Notes: generated by a model from the letters alone, not told the origin. DNA of 64,000 nt from Candidatus Spongiisociaceae bacterium (GCA_965262915.1 OZ253564.1:3104001-3168000); one strand, 5' to 3'; numbered from the stretch's first letter, positions 1-8,577 are shown. Made by a program: numbers and translations.

Positions 1-342
1 GCGCTCTCGGGCAAGTACTGCAACTGGTCGGGCCTGGTCGGTCTGGCCGGCAAGCCCCCCGTGCTGTGGACGCATGGCTCGGCCGACATCGTGGTGTCGG
101 ACGGCTCGTTCTGGGAGATGGGCACCCTCGGCCAGATGGGTGTGATACCCGGCTGGCCGGGCGAGGACGCCTTCCCGCCCCAGCCCATGGTGTCCCAGAT
201 CAGAGACATCCTCGATCAGTACTCCGAGGCGGGAGGCCGGGTGAAGACCGAGATCCTCGAAACCTCAGGCCACGGCCCCCACATCGACGCCGCCGACCGT
301 TGGTCCGAGACCTTCTTCGCCTTCCTGGCCTCCATCGACTAG
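1..342 (+). CDS. Alpha/beta hydrolase, C-terminal part (5' end outside window)
   Basis: Frame open from base 1. KPPVLWTHGSADIVV (acid-residue strand) and SGHGPHID (catalytic His) fit the fold. Confidence 0.7.
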   Translation, partial: ALSGKYCNWSGLVGLAGKPPVLWTHGSADIVVSDGSFWEMGTLGQMGVIPGWPGEDAFPPQPMVSQIRDILDQYSEAGGRVKTEILETSGHGPHIDAADRWSETFFAFLASID

Positions 343-405
343 GAGGGTGGTCCAAAACGGTGGGGAGCAACGGCCCGTCTTCCTCTGAACATGACACCCG
401 CCTAT
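342..405. repeat. Short dispersed repeat, copy 1 (degenerate MITE/REP-like)
   Basis: GGAGGGTGGTCCAAAACGGTGGGGAGCAACGGC (342-374) closely matches 8581-8612 and follows CTAG. Confidence 0.55.
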
Positions 406-420
406 CGGGGATCCAGGTGT

Positions 421-512
421 AGGCGAGAGCGGTACCGACGAACGTGCAGACAGCGTATCTATAGATGTGCAGAAGCGGTATAGATAACTGTGCGAAAGTG
501 GTAGTGTACATG
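421..512 (+). repeat. Four degenerate direct repeats with 23-bp period upstream of the AAA+ gene
   Basis: Units start at 421, 444, 467 and 490 with core about GTGCRRAAGCGGTA followed by 9 variable nt. Confidence 0.7.
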
Positions 513-517
513 CTACT

Positions 518-1744
518 GTGGACGGATACCTGACGCGCCTCGTGGATCCCTGGATCGCGGAGCTACTCGCCTCGGCCCCTGCGGTGATGATCACAGGGGC
601 GAGGGCCGCAGGTAAGACCACGACCGCGCTCCGGCACGCGTCGAGTGTCGTTCGGCTCGACAACGAGCAAGAAGCCGGCCCCTTCAGGGCGGACCCTGAT
701 GCTGCATTACGAGACCGCCCCGAGCCGGTGCTGTTGGATGAGTGGCAGGAGTGTCCCGAGGTGCTCGGCGCCGTGAAGCGGGCAATCGACACCGAACGAC
801 GGGCGGGCCGGTTCATTCTGACCGGTTCGGTCCACTCTGATACCGATCCGGCTCTGTGGCCGGGCGTCGGTCGGCTCATCAGAGTCACGATGCACCCGTT
901 GGCTGTCCGCGAGCAACTCTCGTGTAGAGGGCGCCTGTTCCTCGACCGGCTCCTCACCGATGACCCGACGGAGCCGCCCGCGGACACTCCCGACTTGCGC
1001 GGATACGCCGAGATCGCCTTGCGGGGCGGATTCCCCGAGCCGGCCATCCACCTTCGAGGCCGGGTCCGCGACGGCTGGCTCGCCGCTTACGTCGAGCAAC
1101 TCACCCAGGGCTCACCGAGACCCGGCAGAGTACCCGACGCCGCCCGGCTCGGCGCCTTCTTGCGGGCTTATGCCCTGAACTCGGCGGGTGTCGTCAGCGA
1201 TACGACCCTCTATCAGGCCGCCGGAATCAACCGTCGTACCGCCATCGGCTACACGAAGCTGCTCACCGACCTCGGCGCCATCGCCGAACTCCCCGCATGG
1301 AGTAGCAACCGCATCAAGCGTCTAACCCGAGGACCGAAGCGATACATCGCCGACACGGGGCTGTGGGGAGCGGCCGTTGGAGCGGATCCCGCCTTGGTCA
1401 TGAGTGACGGACTCCTTCTGGGCCGTCTTATCGACACCTTCGTGACCAACCAACTGAGGGCCGAAGCCGCGGTCGATCCGAACCGGCCACACCTCCACCA
1501 CCTGCGGGATCGCGAAGGTCGGCACGAAGTGGATCTCATCGCTGACCTGGGAGCCCGAGGGCTGGTCGCGATCGAGGTCAAGGCCCACAGCGCGCCGTCG
1601 CTCAAAGCGGCTCGGCACCTCGTCTGGCTACGCGACCGGCTGGGCGACCAGTTCCTGGCAGGCGTTGTCCTGCACACGGGCCCGGAGCCCTTCCAACTTG
1701 CCGACCGGATCCGGGCTATCCCGATTAGCGCACTCTGGAACTGA
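518..1744 (+). CDS. AAA+ ATPase (AAA_14) with C-terminal DUF4143 / PD-(D/E)xK-like domain
   Basis: Walker A GARAAGKTT, Walker B LLDEWQ, FILTGS, C-terminal EVDLIA...IEVKA; 408 aa. Confidence 0.9.
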   Translation: MDGYLTRLVDPWIAELLASAPAVMITGARAAGKTTTALRHASSVVRLDNEQEAGPFRADPDAALRDRPEPVLLDEWQECPEVLGAVKRAIDTERRAGRFILTGSVHSDTDPALWPGVGRLIRVTMHPLAVREQLSCRGRLFLDRLLTDDPTEPPADTPDLRGYAEIALRGGFPEPAIHLRGRVRDGWLAAYVEQLTQGSPRPGRVPDAARLGAFLRAYALNSAGVVSDTTLYQAAGINRRTAIGYTKLLTDLGAIAELPAWSSNRIKRLTRGPKRYIADTGLWGAAVGADPALVMSDGLLLGRLIDTFVTNQLRAEAAVDPNRPHLHHLRDREGRHEVDLIADLGARGLVAIEVKAHSAPSLKAARHLVWLRDRLGDQFLAGVVLHTGPEPFQLADRIRAIPISALWN

Positions 1745-1864
1745 GTCAAACCCGCAGGACTGCAGGGTCGGCGTTACCCGCGGCTGCCCAGTCCCCCACT
1801 AACCTCGACAGCGCGATTGGAAAGAAGCCGGTCGGACCCGACAATCACATCACAGGAGTCTCTC

Positions 1865-3289
1865 ATTACCTCACACCCTCTCTACTGCGATCTGCTCGTT
1901 ACGGGCGGAGTGGTGGTCACTGTGGACGACCGGCGCCGGGTGATCGATCCGGGAGCGGTCGCCATTGCCGGAGAACGGATCGTCGCGGTCGGTAGCGCCG
2001 CCGACCTGGGCGGTTACCGGGCGAAGCGCGTCATCGATGCCAAGGGGAAGGCGGTACTCCCTGGCTTGATCGACACCCACCAGCATCTCTTCCAGTACCT
2101 GCTGCGGGGTCTGGGCGAGGGACTGGAGCTATGGCCGTGGCTGTCCGACTTCATGTGGCCGGTCACCACCACGATCTCCACTGACGAGGCCCGGATCGGA
2201 GCACAGATCGGAGCGGTGGAAGCGGCCCGCTCAGGAGTCACCACGGTTCTGGACAACCACTACGCACCCACCGATTTCGACTCGACGATGGCGGTGGCCG
2301 GCGCGATCGAGGAGGTCGGGATCAGGGGCGCGGTCGCGCGGGGCATGACCGGAGAGCTGACCGGGATGGCAGCCAAGCATGGCCTCGCCGGTGAGTTGTT
2401 CCGATACTCGAACCGCGAGGAGATCGAGATCAGCCGGGCGTGCATAGCGGCGCGACCGCCGACCAGCCGCGTGGGGGTCTGGCCGGCGCCGCTCAACATC
2501 ATCTATGTGGACCAGCGTCTGGTGGTGGAAGCAGTGGCTCTGGCCCGGGAGAAGGGCACCGGCTGGCACTCGCACTGTTCGGAAGCCTCCAACGATCCGG
2601 TCTTCTACCTCGAGGAATACGACCGCCGTCCGGTGGTATGGATGGCGGAGCAGGGTCTGCTGGGTCCCGAGACCACGCTGGCACACGGCATCTTCCTGGA
2701 CGATCAGGAGGTTGAACTGGTCGGGGACTCACGCACCGGCATCGCCTACTGCCCGATCTCGCACCAGTACATCGCGCTAGGCGTCATGCGCCTGCGCGAC
2801 CTGAGGAGCGCCGGGGCGACCGTGGGTCTGGGCCTCGACGGGGGCAGCGGCCACCGCTTGGACATGTTCGCCTGCATGAAGCAGGCGGTACTCCTGCAGC
2901 GTGTGCACTCGCAGAACCCCACCGAGTCGAACGGCGAGGAGGCCATCGAGCTCGCCACCCGCGTCGGCGCAGAGTACATGGGGATCGACGCCGGGGTCAT
3001 CGCGCCCGGAAAGCTGGCCGATCTGGTGATCGTCGATCAGTCCGGTCCGCACCATGCACCGCTCCACCGCACCGTCGCGTCCGTCGTCTACTCCACGAGC
3101 GCCGCCGACGTGACCCACACGATCGTCGGTGGAGAGGTGGTCTTCGAGGACGGCCACTGCACGAAGGTGGACGAGGCGGAGGTCATCGAGGAGGCGAACG
3201 GTCGGGCGGCCGATCTCGTCGTACGAGCCGGACTGGGCCCGCTCCTGGAACCGTGGCGGATGGGACCGGCACCCGGGGGGAGCCGGTGA
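1865..3289 (+). CDS. Metal-dependent amidohydrolase/deaminase (MTA/SAH deaminase, Atz/Trz-like)
   Basis: PGLIDTHQH, HSHCSE, LAHG, GLGLDG, PGKLADLV. Start is either TTG 1817 or ATT 1865 (AGGAG upstream; aligns with paralog start). Confidence 0.85.
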   Translation: MTSHPLYCDLLVTGGVVVTVDDRRRVIDPGAVAIAGERIVAVGSAADLGGYRAKRVIDAKGKAVLPGLIDTHQHLFQYLLRGLGEGLELWPWLSDFMWPVTTTISTDEARIGAQIGAVEAARSGVTTVLDNHYAPTDFDSTMAVAGAIEEVGIRGAVARGMTGELTGMAAKHGLAGELFRYSNREEIEISRACIAARPPTSRVGVWPAPLNIIYVDQRLVVEAVALAREKGTGWHSHCSEASNDPVFYLEEYDRRPVVWMAEQGLLGPETTLAHGIFLDDQEVELVGDSRTGIAYCPISHQYIALGVMRLRDLRSAGATVGLGLDGGSGHRLDMFACMKQAVLLQRVHSQNPTESNGEEAIELATRVGAEYMGIDAGVIAPGKLADLVIVDQSGPHHAPLHRTVASVVYSTSAADVTHTIVGGEVVFEDGHCTKVDEAEVIEEANGRAADLVVRAGLGPLLEPWRMGPAPGGSR

Positions 3290-3708
3290 GACCCCAACCG
3301 GACTCGGTCCGGATGGTGGCCGTCGTGGGGGCGGGCGTCATGGGCCACGCCATCGCCCGGGTCTTCGCGCAGGTCTGACCGTCCACCTGGTCGATCCGCC
3401 AGACCTGATTCCCGAGAGCCGCCGGAGCATGGGCCTCGACGGGTCGCTCTAGGAAAGTGCTGAGAAACCCCCGTTGGCTCGACGGTCGATGACAAAATGC
3501 CACGTCAGCGGACGACGGGCCAACCGATTCCCCGTTTTCCAGCATTCTCCTACCTGGCGGACCCGGTGGAGCGCGGCTACTTCGGTCCCGCGCGGGCGCC
3601 GGATTCTAGGACTACTGCGGCCGCGCGGAGGTGCTGCGCAAACGGGACCTGGCACACCCGGCGGTCGTCGACACTTTCGAGGCGGCCGATGCTCTCGACC
3701 CGGTGTGA
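3286..3708 (+). pseudogene. 3-hydroxyacyl-CoA dehydrogenase family pseudogene with central part missing
   Basis: GTGA overlap at 3286. VAVVGAGVMGHAIARVFAQ then frameshift to GLTVHLVD. C-terminal remnant YLADPVERGYFG / RAGAGF*DYCGRAEVLRKRDL ends at TGA 3708. Confidence 0.8.
3453..3549. mobile_element. 97-bp MITE-like element with imperfect 15-bp TIRs
   Basis: CTAG-GAAAGTGCTGAGAAA ... TTTTCCAGCATTCTC-CTAC (11/15 TIR match), with internal IR GTTGGCTCG/CGGGCCAAC. Confidence 0.55.
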
Positions 3709-3746
3709 GTTTCCCCAGCCATTCCCTCGGAATGTAAGGTGCGAGG

Positions 3747-4562
3747 GTGACTGCAGACACTCCCCTGCCCGCGGGCTCGCCATCCGGCCTCGCCCAGGCC
3801 ATAGAGATCGCAGGTGTTACCAAGCGGTTCACGATGTCGAGACGGCAGTTCCTGGTGGCGGTCGACGACATCGATCTCTCGGTGGCGCAGGGAGAGTTCG
3901 TTGCCATCATCGGTCCGTCCGGATGCGGCAAGTCGACCATCCTCCGGATGCTGGCCGGTCTGGAGAGGCCGACGGCGGGAACCGTGCAGCTCAACGGGGC
4001 GTCGCCCGCCGAGTTGGTGGCTGCCCACCGCCTCGGGGTTGCCTTCCAGGAGCACGCCCTCCTGCCATGGCTCTCCGCATGGGACAACATCGCCCTCCCG
4101 TTCCGGGTAATGGGCGCCAAGCCCGACGCCGACCGCATCTCCTCCCTCATCCGTCTGGTGGGGTTGAGCGGTTTCGAGAGGGCCCGACCCAAACAGCTGT
4201 CCGGCGGTATGCGGCAGCGGGTCGCCATAGCCAGAGCGTTGGCTCTCGAGCCCGAACTGCTGCTGCTGGACGAACCGTTCGGGGCGCTCGATGCGGTGAC
4301 GAGGCGCCGGATGAACCTGGAACTCCAATCCATCTGGGCGGAGCAGCGCATCACCTCCGTCCTCGTGACGCACTCCGTTGACGAAGCTATCTTCCTGGCC
4401 GACCGGGTCATCGTGCTCACCGAACGACCCGGCCGGATCAAAGTCATCGAGAAGGTCCCCTTCGGCCGGCCCCGGAGCCGGGAGTTGATGACCACCGAGG
4501 AGTTCCATTCCCTCGCTGACAAGCTGATGCTCGCCATCGACACCGGTGAGGGGACCGATTGA
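3747..4562 (+). CDS. ABC transporter ATP-binding protein, NitT/TauT/SsuB type
   Basis: GPSGCGKST, LSGGMRQR, LLLDEPFGALD, VTHSVDEAIFLADR. Confidence 0.92.
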   Translation: MTADTPLPAGSPSGLAQAIEIAGVTKRFTMSRRQFLVAVDDIDLSVAQGEFVAIIGPSGCGKSTILRMLAGLERPTAGTVQLNGASPAELVAAHRLGVAFQEHALLPWLSAWDNIALPFRVMGAKPDADRISSLIRLVGLSGFERARPKQLSGGMRQRVAIARALALEPELLLLDEPFGALDAVTRRRMNLELQSIWAEQRITSVLVTHSVDEAIFLADRVIVLTERPGRIKVIEKVPFGRPRSRELMTTEEFHSLADKLMLAIDTGEGTD

Positions 4563-4841
4563 CGGGAGGAGCCCGGTGCGCCGTAGCCCGGTCCGGGCCT
4601 TCCTTCCGATGCCCGCAGGCCGTCTGGCCGGTCCGGTCATGGTCGGGGTGGCACTCAAGTAGGATCAAAGAGACCTGTGTCCTGCCGGCTCCTGCCGCGC
4701 CCGGACGGATCGTTCGACCGATCGATGCGACTGTTCGGCCGGTATGCGGGTAGGTTGCGGGACGGCAAGCGCTCCCGGTCGTTCTGCTCCCGGACAGGCC
4801 AGCTGCCCCCGATGCGGCGATATGACTCGAGAGGACTCCCC

Positions 4842-5807
4842 ATGACCGAGATCGAAGCGACTTGGGACTTTCGGGACCCGTACCTCTGGATGCAGAAGAC
4901 GGCCCGAAGTGCGCTGCCGCCCCTGATCATCACTGCCGCGATCAGCGGAGGCGGCCACGGTAAGGAGTCCAACCCGGCCCTCCCCGAAACCCCGGAGGAG
5001 CAGGCGGAGGAAGCGCGCAGGGCCTACGAAGCCGGCGCTTCACAGATCCATGTGCACGCCCGCGATCCGAACGACTGGAGCCAGTGCGCCGGCAACCCGG
5101 AGGACTACGGGCGGGTGAACCGGATGATCCGCGAGCAGTGCCCGGACGTGATCATCAACAACAGCACCGGAGGCGGTCCCACGTTGACCACCGAGGAGCG
5201 TTACTCACCCCTGTTCGCCGACCCGGCCCCCGATGTGGCAACGCTCAACCTCGGCCCGTTCGTCTCCAGGTTCACGATGCCCGAGCGCCCCGCCCATCTA
5301 CCCCACCCGCGCGGGCCTGTCGAGTACGACATGTGCAGCGGGACGACCTACGGCGAACTCAACCACTACGCGTCCGTAATCGCCGAGCGAGGAATGAAGC
5401 CCGAACTGGAGGTTTACGATCCGGGCCAGTACTGGGTGCTCCGAGACCTCATCTACAACCACAACGTCACACCGCCATACATGGTGCAGTTCGTCCTCGG
5501 CGCCCAGACCGCCTCGTTCCCGACCCCTGCCAACCTCACGTCGCTGATCAACGAGCTACCGGCCGGAGCTCTGTTCTCGGTGATCGGCACGGGCCCCTTC
5601 CAGATCCCTATGAACGTCCTCGGAATTCTCCTTGGAGGCCACGTTCGGGTGGGACTCGAGGACAACATCTACTACCGGAAAGGCGAGAAGGCGACCGGTA
5701 ACGCCCAGTTGGTGAGCCGCATCCGCCGTATCGCTGAGGAGATGAACCGCGAGATCGCCACCCCGGCCCAGGCACGCAGGATGCTGGGCCTTCCCCAGGT
5801 CGCATGA
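4842..5807 (+). CDS. Beta-keto acid cleavage enzyme (BKACE / DUF849, Kce family)
   Basis: LIITAAISGG, GASQIHVHARD, STGG, PELEVYD, GGHVRVGLEDN. GAGG SD before ATG 4842. Confidence 0.92.
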   Translation: MTEIEATWDFRDPYLWMQKTARSALPPLIITAAISGGGHGKESNPALPETPEEQAEEARRAYEAGASQIHVHARDPNDWSQCAGNPEDYGRVNRMIREQCPDVIINNSTGGGPTLTTEERYSPLFADPAPDVATLNLGPFVSRFTMPERPAHLPHPRGPVEYDMCSGTTYGELNHYASVIAERGMKPELEVYDPGQYWVLRDLIYNHNVTPPYMVQFVLGAQTASFPTPANLTSLINELPAGALFSVIGTGPFQIPMNVLGILLGGHVRVGLEDNIYYRKGEKATGNAQLVSRIRRIAEEMNREIATPAQARRMLGLPQVA

Positions 5808-5835
5808 CCTCGACCGAGACGGCCCGGGCGACTGA

Positions 5836-7173
5836 GTGAACAGCAGCAGCCCGCGCCGCCAGGTTCTCGATGTCGGATCGTTCGAGGTCCGCGAGGTGAA
5901 TGCAGGTTCGACAACGTCGTTGCGCGACGGAGTGCTCACCATCGACACCGACGACCTCGCTGGGAGACTGGTGGACGGGACGAACTTCGCTTCGGTCTCG
6001 GTGGACATCGTGCGGCCCGGCGACTCCGTGCGGGTCATCAACGCTATCGATGCCGTGGAACCTCGTATCAAGGTCGATCCCCCCGGCACTGACTTCTCCG
6101 GTCTGCTGACGGGTCCGCGGCAGGTGGGCCTGGGCACCACTCATGCGCTCAAGGGCGTGTCGGTGGTCGAGACCGCGCTCCCGGTTCCGGGCGAACCCGT
6201 CTACTGGCGGGAAGCGGTCTTCGACATGGCGGGAACGAGCGCGAAATACTCACCGTTCTCGGATCTGGCCAACGTGGTGGTGTCCTGCGAACCGACCAGG
6301 GACCTGCTGGAGAGCAGCGGACGCCCCACCAACCTGTTCGAAGGGACACCGGAGGCGGTCGAATACAACAGGGCCGTCCGCTTAGCGGGGCTCAAGGCTG
6401 CCAAGTACCTGGCCGCGACGACGCTCGGACAGACACCCGACCGGGTGGATACGTTCGATCTGGCACCGTTGCCGGACAGCGAACTACCGGCCGTGGTCTA
6501 CCTGTACCAACTCGCCATCCCCTACCTGCACGGGGAGATCGCACCGGGTGCCGGCGCTATAGGTGGAGCGGCGCACCTCCCCACCCCTATCCACCCCAAC
6601 GAGTTGCTGGACGGGGCCCTGGTGTGCGGATGGAACGCGATCGCCTGCATGCGGGAACTCACCTACACCGTCCAGAACCACGCCATCGTCAAGGATCTGT
6701 ACGCCCGCCACGGCAAGGAGATCGACTTCCGCGGGGTGGTGCTGTTCACCAACGGGGACTCGCGGGCCAGCAAGGAGCGCCTCGCCAACCACGCAGCCGG
6801 CCTGGCGATAATGATGGGCGCCGAGGGTGCGCTGATCAACTACGCCGGGGGCGGGCATCCCGCCGTCGACGCCATGATGATCTGTCGGAACCTCGAGAGG
6901 AGAGGCGTGACCACCACCATGCTGTCCATGGAGATGGCTGCCAATCCCGGAGAGTCGGGGTTCGTCCATTTCGTCCCCGAGGCGGACGCCATCGTGAGTA
7001 CCGGGAACTACGAGGAAACCGTGACGTTCGAGGCGGTCGACCGGGTGATCGGCGGCGATTCCCTCATCCGGATCGATGGTGATCCCGCCGGGGCGTTCGA
7101 CGCTCCGCTGGCCATCGTGCTGGCGAGCACCCACCAGTTCGGTCACACCCGTATAAGGGGAGAGGAGTACTGA
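5836..7173 (+). CDS. Glycine/sarcosine/betaine reductase component B proprotein-like subunit (GrdE/GrdG/GrdI family)
   Basis: DIVRPGDSVRV..DAVEPRIKV, HPNELLDGAL, LYARHGKEIDFRGVV, EADAIVSTGN; directly upstream of GrdB-like gene. Confidence 0.88.
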   Translation: MNSSSPRRQVLDVGSFEVREVNAGSTTSLRDGVLTIDTDDLAGRLVDGTNFASVSVDIVRPGDSVRVINAIDAVEPRIKVDPPGTDFSGLLTGPRQVGLGTTHALKGVSVVETALPVPGEPVYWREAVFDMAGTSAKYSPFSDLANVVVSCEPTRDLLESSGRPTNLFEGTPEAVEYNRAVRLAGLKAAKYLAATTLGQTPDRVDTFDLAPLPDSELPAVVYLYQLAIPYLHGEIAPGAGAIGGAAHLPTPIHPNELLDGALVCGWNAIACMRELTYTVQNHAIVKDLYARHGKEIDFRGVVLFTNGDSRASKERLANHAAGLAIMMGAEGALINYAGGGHPAVDAMMICRNLERRGVTTTMLSMEMAANPGESGFVHFVPEADAIVSTGNYEETVTFEAVDRVIGGDSLIRIDGDPAGAFDAPLAIVLASTHQFGHTRIRGEEY

Positions 7174-7182
7174 GAGGCGCCC

Positions 7183-8511
7183 ATGGCCGGCATAGTTCAC
7201 TATCTCAACCAGTTCTTCGGAGGTCTCGGCGGCGAGGACCGGGCCGGAATCGGACCTGTGAGCGAAGCGGGCCCGGTCGGTACGGGCAGGGGCCTGGTCC
7301 GGTTGCTGGAAGGAGGCAACCGGATCGTAGGAACTGTCATCTGCGGCGACAACTACATCGCCCAGGGCGGCGAGGCGGTGGTCGACGAGGTCCTTGATCT
7401 GATATCGGCCCACGACCCGGATGTGGTAGTGGCCGGACCGGCGTTCGGATCCGGACGGTACGGCCTGGCCTGCGGCGCGGTCTGCCGGGCGGTGATCGAA
7501 CGGCTGGGCATACCGGCGGTGACGGCCCTCCATGCCGACAGCCCCGGCGCCCACGAGTTCCGCCCTTGGGTACCCGTCATCCCCACCGCCCAGACCGCGG
7601 CGGGGATGGGCGCGGCCCTCCGCGAAATGGCCCGCCTGGCGAACAAGCTGGGCCGGGGCGAGGAACTGGGCGGCGCCCGGGAGGAGGGTATCCTCACCAA
7701 GGGCCTCCGGCGCAACATCTTCGAGGATAGGAGAGGTTCCACCCGGGCAATCGAGATGCTGCTCGCCAAGATGCGCGGCGAGCCGTTCGAGACCGAGTGG
7801 CCCCTGCCCCGCTACGAGCCCGCCGAACCCGCCGAGCCGTTGGCAAAGGGCCGACACTTCCGGCTGGCGCTGGTGACCGAAGCGGGAATAGTCCCGGCAG
7901 GCAACCCCGACCGGCTGCCTTCGGGATGGGCTAGCGACTGGCTGAAGTACCCGATCGAGGGCAGGGACGGTTTTGCAGAAGGCGAATTCGAGTCGGTGCA
8001 CGGCGGGATCGACACCAGTCTCGCCAACCGCGATCCCGACCGCCAGGTCCCTCTGGACGCCACCCGGTTGCTGGAGACCGACGGCCGCTTGAGCCTTCAC
8101 GATGAGCTGTTCACCACCACGGGCAACATGGGTTCGCTCCGGGACATGACCCGTATGGGCGCCGAGATGGCACGGGCGCTGGTGGCGGACGGGGTCCAGG
8201 CGGTGATCGTGGGGGCCACCTGAGGGACGGGTACGCGTAGCGGGTCTACGCTGGCGAAGTCGATCGAGAACCAGGGAATCCCGGCCGCGCTGGTCACGGC
8301 TCTGGTGCCCCTGGCCGAGTCGGTCGGCGTCCTCCGCATCGTGGCGGGCACGGCCGTCACGCATCCGTTCGGGGACCCTGAGTTGGAGACCGCCGACGAA
8401 CTCGATTACCGCAGGCGGGTGGTGGAAACGGCCATCGCAGCACTCGAGGCGACCGTGTCGGAACCCACGGTGTTCGAAGTCGGCCGCCCGGCGCCGGCCG
8501 CGGTGTCATGA
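7183..8511 (+). CDS. Glycine/sarcosine/betaine reductase selenoprotein B family (GrdB/GrdF/GrdH-like), 442 aa, Sec at TGA 8221-8223
   Basis: IVHYLNQFFGGLGGED, AGPAFGSGRYG, HGGID. After the in-frame TGA the homology continues (GTGTRSGSTLAKSIENQGIP...RIV...VTHPFGDP) to TGA 8511. SECIS-like hairpin present. Confidence 0.9.
8235..8251 (+). promoter_or_regulatory. Bacterial SECIS-like hairpin
   Basis: GCGTAG-CGGGT-CTACGC: perfect 6-bp stem with G-containing loop, starting 11 nt after the UGA as in E. coli fdhF. Confidence 0.8.
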
Positions 8512-8577
8512 GCTGTTTTGGTGGCCGCATCGGGCTCGCAGCCGACCCCGGAAGGGGGAAAGTGTGGTGCGCCCGGC

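Noticed and set aside
421-512. CRISPR or TIGR array reading of the 23-bp repeats
   Set aside because: Units are too short and degenerate, variable parts are 9 nt, and no cas or Nop-domain gene is present.
3607-3609. In-frame TAG in GF*DY as pyrrolysine
   Set aside because: It lies in a frameshifted, deleted gene at a position that is normally Tyr; a nonsense mutation is simpler.
6484-8364. 626-aa minus-strand ORF
   Set aside because: Antisense shadow of the grd-like genes with no recognisable motif, expected in high-GC DNA.
8305-8511. Separate 68-aa ORF
   Set aside because: It is the in-frame C-terminus of the Sec-containing GrdB-like protein.
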